64,000 nucleotides of DNA from Sporopachydermia quercuum. Its lineage: Eukaryota. Below are positions 21,465 to 33,250 of this stretch, in pieces (the stretch's first letter is position 1; each line of letters opens with the position of its first letter). The notes under the pieces were generated by a model. That model was not told where the DNA came from. It made no database searches and saw nothing but the letters and a program-made list of their open reading frames with translations. A program made the translations under genes and the position numbers. The stretch is from the NCBI GenBank assembly GCA_001599295.1, contig BCGN01000005.1:1302001-1366000 (forward strand), given 5' to 3'.

Positions 21465-22635
21465 TATTTGTCGGACTGTGAGATAAGATATAGTNTGATC
21501 CAGCAGAATCTGGTAGCACAATCTAAGAGCATAACCTCATACAAGTCATAACAGATCCATTAGCTCTTATTATCATATTGTATCATCATNTTTTTCAAAT
21601 AATTAGCATTACATCAACACAACATACATTGAACAATCAGTGTTCCTCTGTTTTATATATCAAGTATCACAAGGTATTCTTCTTGGTCTTTCCTATGTAT
21701 TATACATCTATTCATTAAACATATACTTATACACCCGTCCTTGTTCACTCTTACTTTTCTTAAATTCCCAGAAGTNGTCTGTAAGTTCTGAGGAGAGTAG
21801 TACAGATTTCGACGAGTTCTCAACCACAAGAAAACTGTTGAAAAGGAGTCCAGCAGTCAACTCTCAAAAATAACTATAATAGCTATAACAAATACCAGTT
21901 GATTAATAAGTGTTCAACTATCACCTCCTCACCATTACATCCCATTGAAATCCATATGAATTATCGTTCTTCAGTATGACCTGTTGCGAAGAAGTAAACT
22001 GGGAGAACCAATACCACTTTCGACTGTTTACAGAGGAATAACAGTTTCTACATCAATTAGATCTAGGTTGTTGTTGTTTTACTGGTTATAGCAATAGTTA
22101 CATGCTACATTNCATAACANTGTATATCGTGTAATGAGCTCAGCTTCGAGTTCCTGCTGAGTAATNCAATTTACAAATTATATGTTCACATTAACAGTAA
22201 GAAAGACCACTATAAACTAATTCTTATAAACCAATTCATGCTTACAACACAGATTTATAGCTTGATCAATTCTATTGTTTCCTAAAAGGATAGTGAGCTA
22301 AAATGAAATATACATATGTNGTAAAAGAGTCATTTACATCAAATAGCGAACAAGTTTATTAGATATCAGCATTATATATGGATAATACTTTAAAAGCCTG
22401 CCTCAAACTACCAATAGCTCGTTAAATCATGTTTCTCCCATAATCTGCATTATTTTGATACTATTGATAACACCATTGTCACCATCACGATTACTACTAT
22501 TCTTTCACTCATCATAATTCACTACATACAAATACCCATACTGATCATCCTGTTAATTCAATCTTCTTCTGATGCAATTTTTCACATCACTCTTTATGTC
22601 TGTCTCCTTTACTCCTATAATTATATTTTGGAGAC

Positions 22636-23709
22636 CTAATTGTCATCATCACTAACAATCTCATCTTCCCAATTTTCCTCATCGTCGTCACCTGGATTGC
22701 CCGGAATTGCGGTTCCCTCAGGTCCAATGACATCTCTGCCTAGTTCATTCAACAATGCACTCACATGCTCTACAACCTCAGGATCAATCAGTCCCTCATT
22801 ATCATTAGCAACTATCAGCTCAGCATTCAGCAGCGAATTCCTTGCTTCTGAAACTTCGGTTTTCTCACCAACACCAGTTTGCAATTCATCGCTACCATTC
22901 TCGTTGGCTTCATCTTTGGCTTGCGAATAGCTAGCAAATCCTTCCAAATATGGAGCATCTACAATCTGATCGTCTATATTAATTACAGAAGCACATACTT
23001 CTCGTGCCATTTGATACATTTTCATCTCAATTGCCAATCTGGCTAATGCTAGTAGCATCTGAATAGTCTCAGCCTCGTCTTCAACATCTTTGTTCTGACT
23101 CAATTCCCAAGCCTTAGCAATAGCTTCTTTAGCTTCCTCATTCTTCACTTGAGATATCCTTATGGATGCCAGGGTTGACCATGTCTCTGGTGAATTAGAC
23201 TCTGTATTCAAAGCATCAGCAATCAATTTCTCGCACATCTCTTCGGCATTTGGTTCCATACAAAGATCTGTCATCCAGATTTCAATCATACTAAGTAAAC
23301 TCTGAACGTATTTACTTTTCAGTTTCTTGACTAATGCTTCATCAAGCGAGGCTGCCTCTGTTGATTGTAGAATTGCCCTTATCTGTTCAACTCCTTGAGT
23401 GAAATGTTTGACTCCTTCGTGAGATCCTTCAATTTGTCCTAACCACAAGTGCTTTTCATACCCTGAACCAACAGTCAATGCTACTTTGAATACCTCATAA
23501 GCTTGTTCTACATTGGTCAGTTCAAAGAGGGTTTCTCCTAATGTGACGAGATACGTTTCAATCACTTCTTCTTTAACGTCATCGTAAGCGGCTTGATTGA
23601 TTTTCTCTTGAACGGCAGCACTGTGCGTATTTAGAACATCAAATGCTTTATCAGGGGCCGATTCTGCAAGGTACTTCTGCGCCTGTAGAATTGTTTGCTC
23701 AAACTCCAT
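22636..23709 (-). CDS. ACL4: TPR assembly chaperone of Rpl4
   Basis: KHLWLGQI, LLSMIEIWMTDLCMEPNAE, PETWSTLASIRISQ, and an acidic tail. Confidence 0.88.
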   Translation of the reverse strand: MEFEQTILQAQKYLAESAPDKAFDVLNTHSAAVQEKINQAAYDDVKEEVIETYLVTLGETLFELTNVEQAYEVFKVALTVGSGYEKHLWLGQIEGSHEGVKHFTQGVEQIRAILQSTEAASLDEALVKKLKSKYVQSLLSMIEIWMTDLCMEPNAEEMCEKLIADALNTESNSPETWSTLASIRISQVKNEEAKEAIAKAWELSQNKDVEDEAETIQMLLALARLAIEMKMYQMAREVCASVINIDDQIVDAPYLEGFASYSQAKDEANENGSDELQTGVGEKTEVSEARNSLLNAELIVANDNEGLIDPEVVEHVSALLNELGRDVIGPEGTAIPGNPGDDDEENWEDEIVSDDDN

Positions 23710-23946
23710 GTTGTGCTGATCTGGGTAGTAGAACTAGTCTGATGATGCTGATATGTCGAGGAATTATGAAGAGAAACAATGTCCAGCAATGCAGCAGAAA
23801 CAAACAGTTGGAAATATATTACAAAACAAATTGAGTTATTGAGCTAGCAAATGAAAGTCTAATTATATTCTTTTGTACCTGTGACTGCAGGTATATTCAA
23901 TAGTGATAACTGATCCACTTTACCCTTTGGCACATCACATAGTAAA

Positions 23947-23980
23947 TGAAAATTTTCTTACCAGGTGAAGATCACGTGAC
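23947..23980. promoter_or_regulatory. RRPE plus Cbf1-type E-box in the ACL4/GIR2 divergent promoter
   Basis: TGAAAATTTT 23947-23956 and ATCACGTGAC 23971-23980, between two ribosome-associated genes. Confidence 0.6.
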
Positions 23981-24230
23981 TTTGGGTCTATTGTCCCCTG
24001 CTGGAGAACTAAGCAATTTGCTCATGAAGCAAATAGGAAGGATGGAGGCCTATGAATAGTCATGGTTAGTGTAATAGAGAGTAGATTACTAACGAGAGCT
24101 GTATTATCAGCATGTGAGGTGATCACTTGTGTTGAATAACAGTAACGTGAATAGCTGTCTTGAGGTAGTAGCACTAGTAGATCAAAGATTTATTAGGGGT
24201 CAATGCAATAGCCGAGATTCCATTTGAATT

Positions 24231-25026
24231 ATGGATTACGAAGCAGAACAAGCGGAAGAACTAGCTGTNCTAGAATCTATTTATCCTGATGAGTTGAAGC
24301 GTATGTTATAGTAAAAACGTGGTGGGGATTCATTATTTTGGATATGATAGTCTAACAGAAACTTGTTATTTAGAAATATCGGATAAAGAGTTTGATATCA
24401 TGCTCAAACTGGACACGCCATCAACCCACAGTCATAGACTAGTACTAAACGTGAAATACCCAGCGACGTATCCTGAAGTTATACCTGAGATGCAAATTCG
24501 AGTACCGGGAATTGATGAGATTGAAAATGAAGATGGGGATGAAGACTATGACGAGGACGATGACGAATCTGATGATGGATATGAAGGTGACGAAAACAAG
24601 GTGGTATCAATAGCTGATACTGTATACCTAGATGATGAAGATCTGAAGAGTTTGACTNCTGAAATAAACACATCAGCAGAGGAAAATCTTGGTTTGGCAT
24701 CGGTATTCACTGTGACGTCTGTTTTAAAGGATTTAGCCGAACAGAGGTTTCAAGAAAAAGTAGAGAAATTAGAGAAAGAACATGAGGAAGAGCTTTTACG
24801 TAAGGAAATGGAAGAACAGAAGAAGTTTCAAGGAACTGCAGTTACTAAAGAATCTTTTTTGGAGTGGAGAGAAAAATTCAGAAAGGAGATCAAATGGTAT
24901 GAGCGTAAAGCTGAGAAAGAGACACTGAAAGGGTCAAGACTTACAGGCAAAGAGATATTTGAACAAGGGCTCGATAAAGCAGAAGACGATGAAATTCCTG
25001 AAGTTGAAAAGCTGGAGATTGCATGA
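24231..25026 (+). CDS. GIR2: RWD-domain protein Gir2 (Rbg2 partner), 240 aa, one intron
   Basis: join(24231..24300,24374..25026). Exon 1 is MDYEAEQAEELAVLESIYPDELK; intron GTATGT...TCTAAC...TAG. Motifs YPATYPEVIP, FQGTAVTKESFLEWR, RLTGKEIFEQG. Confidence 0.9.
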
Positions 25027-25279
25027 ATATAGATTTTAGTATGTTAATTAGTTTAATTTCTTTATGATAGACATTTAGTCATCATGTAGGAGATTCGGTG
25101 TAGATAGGTGTAGATATTCACATTGGAAGTGGTTACGCCNACAGATAGTGATTGTTACATCTACAAAAGTGATTATCTGATATGATCCAATCGATATATA
25201 AAATTCAGTTATATTGTGTTAAATGAGATATCAGCTGCAGTAACAAGAAAGTAAAAAGTGCCTAATTAAAACATTACAC

Positions 25280-25906
25280 TTAGAGTTCACCAGACTTGTC
25301 AATGGAGATCTTACCCTTAGTAGCACCAGAGTTGGAACCCAAAGATTCAATCTTCTTAACAACGTCGAAACCTTCCACAACTTCACCAAAGACAACGTGC
25401 TTACCATCTAACCAAGAGCAAGGAACGGTGGTGATGAAAAATTGAGAACCATTGGTGTTAGGACCAGCATTGGCCATGGACAAAAGGCCAGGTCTGTCGT
25501 GGCGCTTGACAAAGTTTTCATCAGCGAACTTGGTACCGTAGATGGACTTACCACCAGTACCGTTAAAGTTAGTGAAGTCACCACCTTGCAACATGAATTG
25601 GGGAATAACTCTGTGGAAGATAGATCCAGTGTATCCGAAACCCTTTTCACCAGTGCAGAGAGCTCTGAAGTTTTCAGCAGTCTTGGGGACAACGTCGTTG
25701 TACAACTTAAAGACGATTCTGCCAAGGGGTTGACCTATGGTTTTCTTGTTAGTATCAATTTCTGATGTCTATACAGACTAATTCAATTGAACCCCATTTA
25801 ATGTGAGGTCAATTGTTCTTCCAATGTATGTAATCATTAACTGCCATCCCATGCAATNTCATCTTCACTTACCATCAACGGAGGTATCAAAGTAAACAGT
25901 AGACAT
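25280..25906 (-). CDS. CPR1: Cytosolic cyclophilin A peptidyl-prolyl isomerase, 162 aa, one intron
   Basis: join(complement 25873..25906, 25280..25734). Exon 1 is [11 protein letters not shown]; intron GTAAGT...TACTAAC...TAG. Motifs [20 protein letters not shown] and [15 protein letters not shown]. Confidence 0.95.
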
Positions 25907-28579
25907 TGTTAAGCAAGTTTATATGTTTCAAATGAAAGTAATCAATTCAGCTTGTATCTTGTAATACTATTGGAATTGTTTAATGGTTATAATTATTTTC
26001 CCCTTCTCTGGACATTAAGCTACTGATGTATAAAAGAAAAAGAGATGATTTTCTGCCAATTTCTAAAGTATAACCTTTCCTTTTTCATCACATTAATGAA
26101 AATTTGCCGAAGAGGCAAAAAAGGCACTAGCACTTTCAGACGATGAACAAGTTACATAATCAAAGNCAATTGAAAAATGNGATAAGGTTTAATGTGTACA
26201 TGTAAGTAATTGGAGAACAAGTTAAGGGCCATGAAAAGCAGGACAATTGAACAAAGAACAAATGTAAGTAGGACGCTAATAAGGCAATAGATGGATTAGT
26301 GATTTCTGTTGCTTGTTGAAGAAGAATTTGTTAGCATTGTGAGTATTATTGAGGGGATTTTGATCGTTTGTTGTCAGAATTGAATTGAGCAAATAAGTAC
26401 GTGTTCAGATCCTTCGAGTGATATGTATGATGTTGAGATACATCCGGACGAAAACGAGGATAAACTTTAATCTGTCCGCTGCATCTAAAAGTTTGGGAAA
26501 GTGTGACAGAGAAGCTAATTGATGAGCTGTCATAAAATGTCAGAAAGATTGTATTACATGAAATAATATCCAAAGCAGAATCTAACTTATAGATTGTTGA
26601 ACAGGTTTCAGAGAATTGGCCAAAAAGTATACTATTTATTGCTAAAAGTTTGTAGAGTTACCACAATTAAAGTTTCCTCTTAAGCAACTATTGTAACATT
26701 GCTTACTGTTGCATTTATTCTTCGAAAAGAGAATTGGAGGCATTGTCATAGAAAAACTTCATATATTTGATTGTCAGGATACCTTGTCTTGTTAGGTTTG
26801 CCAAATCAGGGAAGCCCATGTACACAGCAACTATCTAAAGCTATTTCACAANACACAACATATGTAAAGAAGAAAATCCAATGGAAACATCAGGAGAAAA
26901 TAGGGGAAAATTGATACGAGGCTAGTTTGCAGTAAGGCACCTTTGAATCAGTCCATACTCTATAATTATGGGGTACCTGAGAGGCATTTAGATGTAGGCA
27001 ATTGCAGTCATAGTTTGTTCCTTGTCATCGGATTTTGGAGTCTGACTTTCTTGTATGCGTTCAGTGGCCAAACAATCGGTGCATAACTGAACATTGCCAA
27101 TTAACACAATAGGATAACCAAACAGATCAGATACCTATTTACAACAGAATAACTATAATTATACGGTTTTGTAGAATTTTCTCTATTTTAAATCAACAGT
27201 ATTCACTTTTTCATACTTAAGTGATAGGCAAACTCGATATCAATTTTTCACTACTCGCTATTATTGGATTATGTCAAACCGCAGGAACACATTTCTGTAG
27301 TCCATTAACCTGCAGAATTCTGAATGGAAAATGGGGTGAAAATTTCAGGGTACAATATCAAATTGACTATGGTGAGAGCTAATGTAATTTGATGACATAA
27401 TCTAGAAACCGATCGAGCAGATTAGATGAGTTTTCAATTTTTTGGCTCCATTATGAAAGCCAAAAAAGTATAAACTAGATAGTTAGAAATGATTAAGCTC
27501 CAGAATTTACTGTTAATGTTCTATTTAACTATTATCTATTATAAGAGGGTACAGTAAATCAGTATCGTGTCCCTTTGCCCTTCTTATTCATCAACATTAT
27601 ATTATGCTCATAAGATTTACAATACCTGTAATAACAATTGTATCTCATGAACAGCTTATTATGCAATCGAGTGTTGCAATTATAGTATCTATCTGCTCTG
27701 AATATTCTGTTGCGTACCCAGCATTTGCAACGAACACAACTGTAGTAGTTTTTCATACAGCTTCTCCTCGTTTTTTCCTATTTCAATCAAACACTCAACT
27801 GTGGAATAGATTTCTTCTCAACTGTGTTGATTGCATTTTTTGCATCAAATAGACAAACTAAATAATGCATAATTACTGCATAATACTGTATAGTCGGGAA
27901 TGCGATATGAAAATTTTCCAAGTTAAGCTTTTGGTAACAACGAGATCTTGAGTTTAACTCAACAGTGAGAGTAATCCTAAACTCTCGGGGAATACCGTTA
28001 GTGCAAGGGTGATCTAGCATAACCGAATAACATGATGCTATTATCGGATAGTTTTGTAAACACTTGCAATCAAAAAGTGCTGAATATCATCAGTTTGTAT
28101 TATTTCTATATTTTATTGAAATTTCGAGTTTTTATTCTCTTCTCAAAACATTTCTTTCTAATTAAAGTTTCAATTACTGTTAATATGCTGCTTAATCTTA
28201 ACCTTCTTACTATGACAGGTGACCTTTTTATACTTTTAAATAGCTTAAACCTTATTTCTTTATTAACTTGTTCATGAAATATCCTTCAACTTATAGTATT
28301 GAGTGCTACAAGACTATATATTAAAAGTCAATAGCTGCTGTGTATCACCTTCCTTGATAATCATGAAATGCAAATCTCACTACGTAATGTATTACAATAT
28401 ATATATTTATGCATAATCTGACATCATAATTTGTAGATCAAACTCTCAATTACTTTACAGAAAGTGACAGACACACTGGCCAATAAGACAATCAATTGTT
28501 TCACCTATAATCTATTGAACTCAGGAAGACGAGTAAGAAAATCCTTAACCTATGACGGAAGACTCTTCTCAAAAACAGA

Positions 28580-29938
28580 ATGTTTGTCCCAAGAGTATAT
28601 AAACCCGAACAATTTGTTACTGTGAAAAAAGAGATCCCATCTGTGATAGATAACCCTTTATACAATGAAATGTGCAAATTTCGATTGAACAGGCATAGAG
28701 ACAGATATATTACATTAGCTAGCTCTGGTATTTCTCCCAATACAATTGGAGTTGTTCCTCCTGAATTCTACCGTGATTTTAGTACCAATGATGAACTGTA
28801 TCGAGATAATTTATACAACACAGCAATAACAGAAGAACAAGAAGATGAAGAAGAGGAATCCGATGGATTGTCATTTCACAGTGACTCCAATATGCTGTTT
28901 GATCTGGAATCAAACGATAGTGTAAGCAGCACTAGCAGCATAGCAAACTCGAATTCAATAGAATTCTCAAAGTATACCCAGAAGCATGGTTCAAAGCTTT
29001 CAGAACACGGGCTTGAGTCTCAATCACAAGAAACAAGTCCTTTTGGATCTAAAATCACTCTACCTTTGAATTTACTATGGAACGAAACCTCGCAGCAAGA
29101 AAGACTCGCAGTAAGCAGGAAGTTTCAATCCTCTTTCCACCTGAAGTCTCAGTCTTCTAATCTAAATCTGATTGATACGAAAGCTATGACAACGTTCCCT
29201 CTTCCTCCCCCTAGCAACAAAAGCAAGACTATTGCTTCTGAAGCCATAACAGCAATCGAACATGCTCTTCCACAAGTTCTCCGTAAACATTTGTCTACTC
29301 CACAGCTCTCGAATAAAGATGCATATGATTCATGGAATAGTGATTACTATCTTGCAACCACAATGGTGCAGGCAAGAGAAGTCCCTAATAAAGCGTTCAC
29401 TTATTCTACCAAGAGAGAGCATCATGAATGTGTCAGTTGTTCCTGTAGACTTTTAAAAGATGTCTATTTATGCGGTGTATGTGCTGGGAAAATGACTGGT
29501 GAAGCAGCAACTAGAATAAACTCTTGTAAGACTGGTCGTGGAAGTGTTGATGTTCTCAAAGAGGTTTTAAAAAAACAAACCGGAGTGAGAGGTATACGCA
29601 GCGAAGCTCGTCTCTCTATTTATGACAATAAAAAAGTCAGCTATATCAGAAGCTCCTATAATGACATGAGTGAAATGTTCAACAAGCAATGGAAAGCTCA
29701 AAGTACTTCGGGTTTGAGTGTTCGTGTTCGTTCATCAGTGAAAAACATATTTGCCAAGTTCCAAGAAAAAGTTGGAGCAAAAGTGGAAATTGGTGATGCA
29801 AATACAATCCACTACAGCTTTACTGAAGAAAATGAACATGTTTCTGACTCTAGTTTCTTTGAAGAGGAAGAAGACATGGCTAATACCAGTTTTGAAGATT
29901 TAGATTTGAACGAAGACGTTTCATTTGTTACAGATTGA
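28580..29938 (+). CDS. Hypothetical protein, 452 aa, with a CxxC-x10-CxxC motif and acidic/Ser-rich tracts
   Basis: Long ATG-initiated ORF in AT-rich DNA; HHECVSCSCRLLKDVYLCGVC. No family recognised. Confidence 0.7.
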   Translation: MFVPRVYKPEQFVTVKKEIPSVIDNPLYNEMCKFRLNRHRDRYITLASSGISPNTIGVVPPEFYRDFSTNDELYRDNLYNTAITEEQEDEEEESDGLSFHSDSNMLFDLESNDSVSSTSSIANSNSIEFSKYTQKHGSKLSEHGLESQSQETSPFGSKITLPLNLLWNETSQQERLAVSRKFQSSFHLKSQSSNLNLIDTKAMTTFPLPPPSNKSKTIASEAITAIEHALPQVLRKHLSTPQLSNKDAYDSWNSDYYLATTMVQAREVPNKAFTYSTKREHHECVSCSCRLLKDVYLCGVCAGKMTGEAATRINSCKTGRGSVDVLKEVLKKQTGVRGIRSEARLSIYDNKKVSYIRSSYNDMSEMFNKQWKAQSTSGLSVRVRSSVKNIFAKFQEKVGAKVEIGDANTIHYSFTEENEHVSDSSFFEEEEDMANTSFEDLDLNEDVSFVTD

Positions 29939-30253
29939 TTCTATCAAGTGAATACCAGGGAAGGGTTTATGAAATGTGTTTTTAATAGAAATTTAATGTT
30001 ATGTACAACAAATATAGAGATTAATGATAATGATAATGATAGATATTTAATTAGAGAATACTGTATAATGTAGAGATCTGAATGAATATTTAAAGGAACA
30101 ATATTGGAATTCATCATGATAGTTGTTGGGTGTTCCATTTTACAGATTGCCACGAGATTATATAGGATTATCATAGGATTATCAGAAGGTTCTCTCTTAT
30201 ACAATAAATTGTAGCTTGCCTGTATCTTCATATTAAAGTAGATGATCATATAT

Positions 30254-31042
30254 TTAGGAAAGAGACTTATTCATGAATCTTCTTCTAGTAAATGCTAGCC
30301 AGTACTGAAAAAATGTTAGTACATACACCACTTAAGTTCCAGGTATTTTGATGAAACGTCAATAGCCTTTATATCACTATGCCTTATTATTGACTATATT
30401 CCCTTCACTCTGTTGTGAACCCGAGTTTTAGTATCAAATTCTGCAAATATACGCACCTTACTGGGAACTTTGTCATTGTCACTATAGATTCTCAAGAGTA
30501 ATCTTTCGACAAGTTCTTGTCGGAATTGTTGCAAATATGATCTCAACAGTTCAGCTTCCGTTCGATCACGCGGTGGGGTATATAAGGAGTTCAATGGGAA
30601 TCCTGGATCACCAGGAATTGAAAATGAGTCAATTGCTAATGTATTGAGGATCTTTCTTGATTCTGACAATCCCACAGGTTGTGGAACAGCTTGAGAGACT
30701 TTCGTTAAACAGTCGGAGATAAACAAAATACCATAGATCAAAGTCCTATCACATGGTCCCTTTATCTCAAAATTCCGAAAGAAAGAATTGGCTCTAAATA
30801 GATCAATTGTTTCATCAATTATGTCATAATCTTCCGAACAAGGAAATGATGGACCTCTGAATTTTGTTTTTATAGGTAGGACTGCGAAGTTACCCACAAC
30901 ACGAGCATCAGGTCCCGTTGAAAGAAATGTAGAATGATATGCCTATAACCTGCTGTTAATAATAGTCTTCATATAGTGACGATATCACACAATCAGAAGT
31001 TCTCAATCAACTCCTTCACCTAAATTGCAAACTTACAGGCAT
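30254..31042 (-). CDS. ARC18: Arp2/3 complex subunit p21 (ARPC3), 180 aa, two introns
   Basis: join(complement 31037..31042, 30457..30942, 30254..30304) gives MPAYHSTFL...LFRANSFFRNFEIKGPCDRTLIY...PSKYWLAFTRRRFMNKSLS. Intron 1 is GTAAGT..TATTAAC..TAG; intron 2 is GTGCGT..TACTAAC..CAG. Confidence 0.93.
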
Positions 31043-32677
31043 CTTAACGACAATTATGATCGATTCTTCTCTTCTGATAGTACTAGGGGTAGTCTAATGT
31101 GCACAGTATCCAGTAGTAGGCAGTGAGGGTAAGTGCTATCTTAACAGTAATCTATCAATTGATCAAAAACAAATTGAATTACCAGTTTATGCTTATAAAA
31201 TATATTCACCAGTACCTGGCTTAAATTCTAGTTCTACCTATTGTTTTCTATACTCTATCCATTAATCATGCTTTCCCTCCACTCCTTCAGGGCGAATGAT
31301 AAGGTGAAATGTCCGAAAATGAATGGAAGGAGCATAGGTTCGCTAGGACTTCATGTCTCCGTTCAGGGAGAGAAATTAGTGAGGGACCAAAGTTGGTGTT
31401 TGGGGTTTTGGGAAAATAAGGTTAAATGTCAGTTACTGTAAATAGAAGCAGTGCCTNGAATAGGAACGGGATTACGTAATATAGAAATGAAGTGAAGAGT
31501 GTGAGATGAGAATGTGTCCACAGGTGAATCGATGGGAAATGACTGTTGAAATGACCGATAGTGATTTCATTGCAGTAAGATTAAACGCAAATAGGGGGTT
31601 TTCTTTATTGAGTCGAAATTGTCCACCATTTCTACACCAGAATCCTTGCCGTCTGCAAGCGCCGCCCTCAATAGATACCCCCTAGTAATATCTGTGTCTT
31701 CAGAACCGCCCCGGAAAATATCTACTCATCATCGGATTACATCCTTTTAAATCAAAATCTGACTAACTTCCACTAAAAAGAGTAATATTTNTCAAACTAC
31801 ACTCTGATATACATCATAATATCATAAAAAGAGCAAACTACTTCCTCTTGTCTTCAATTCTTCTTACCACCTCTGTTTGTCTTATTCACATGACCGTTCT
31901 CATATACCTCCTTCTAGACTCCCAGTCTTCCAAATACCCCCTCTAGTTTTTACTCTGGCCACAAGGCTAAATTGATAACTCTAAAACAAAAGGAGCCAAG
32001 AGAGAAAGACTCANGAAGCCCACTCAGTTTGTGACTGATGATATGTAACCTCAAGGCCCCATTGATATACTTCAATTTATACGGGATAAACAATCATCAA
32101 ACAATTTAAACAACCAAAAATATATCTGTAACATTAGCCCCAGGACAACATATTCAAAGTATACAGCTGTGTACTGGAGAACTAATTGATTACAGTAAAC
32201 AAACTTGAAAGTTGAGTAGATCGCATTGTTCTTTCTTCATAGAGTAGCTCAGAAAGTAGTCACAATTGTGGTCTCGAGAGATAATCAAGTAGCAATAAGG
32301 AAGTAATCTGAGTATCTGGCTGGATATTGAAAACAACATTCTGAGTGAAAGAGAAAAAATTGGTAGTTATTATTCTTTAACCAACAGGAGCTTTCCGAAC
32401 TAATCTGCATACTCGCTTCTCACTTTCTTCGCAAGTGAGAAGCAAACAGTTAATTGTACTATATTACGCAATAGCCTTGGTATTTGATAGTGCTAGTTGT
32501 GGAGCATGATTTGGTCATTTAACACTCAAGAGTACCAGACAAAGGAACAATTGACTACTGATCGAATTATCAAAGAAAAAAGAACCATAAATTGAAATTG
32601 AAGTTGAGATTTGAGGTTTGGGATTTAATCCTAATATTGAGCGTACGGGCTGTGATAGAAGATAATTCAAGTGTGCC

Positions 32678-33191
32678 ATGCCATCACCTTACAACAACTT
32701 TACTGGACAGAAGCCACTCTCGTCGCTTGATCTGGTTCCAGCAGTACCAGATTTGAATTATATACCTCCTCCTGTTCAGGCTCATCAATGTAAGTGTTTC
32801 TCTGACTTTGAAGTTATTTATACAGAGAAAGGTTATCCAATGACTGATATTGTGACTATAACATTAATATGATACTAACCAAACAGATTCCCTACATGAA
32901 GTTAATAATAGTACACAACCAAAGCAACAACTTTCGCAACCTTTAGGATATCAAAGGCAGCAAAATAGGTAAGAAGATAGTTCTTTAGATTATTACTATT
33001 ACTTTGATGGAATCACAGTGATTAAACTGTTTTATCCATTGAAAGCTAACATTGCGAGCAAAAACGGAATAACTAACATATATCTACTAGCAATGAGTTT
33101 GATTCTAACCTTACTCCTATTAATAAACAACAAAGACCTGCTTACGCACCAGTGAGTACTCAACAATCAAGCTACTTTTCTCCACAACAGC

Positions 33192-33250
<59 letters not shown>

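Noticed and set aside
26202..26290. Plus-strand GTAAGT...GCTAAT...TAG intron-like unit upstream of CPR1
   Set aside because: The branch point is weak and splicing yields only short ORFs with no recognisable product.
26506..26525. ACAGAGAAG resembling the U6 ACAGAGA box
   Set aside because: The following sequence lacks the U6 ATTAGCATGG/ISL context.
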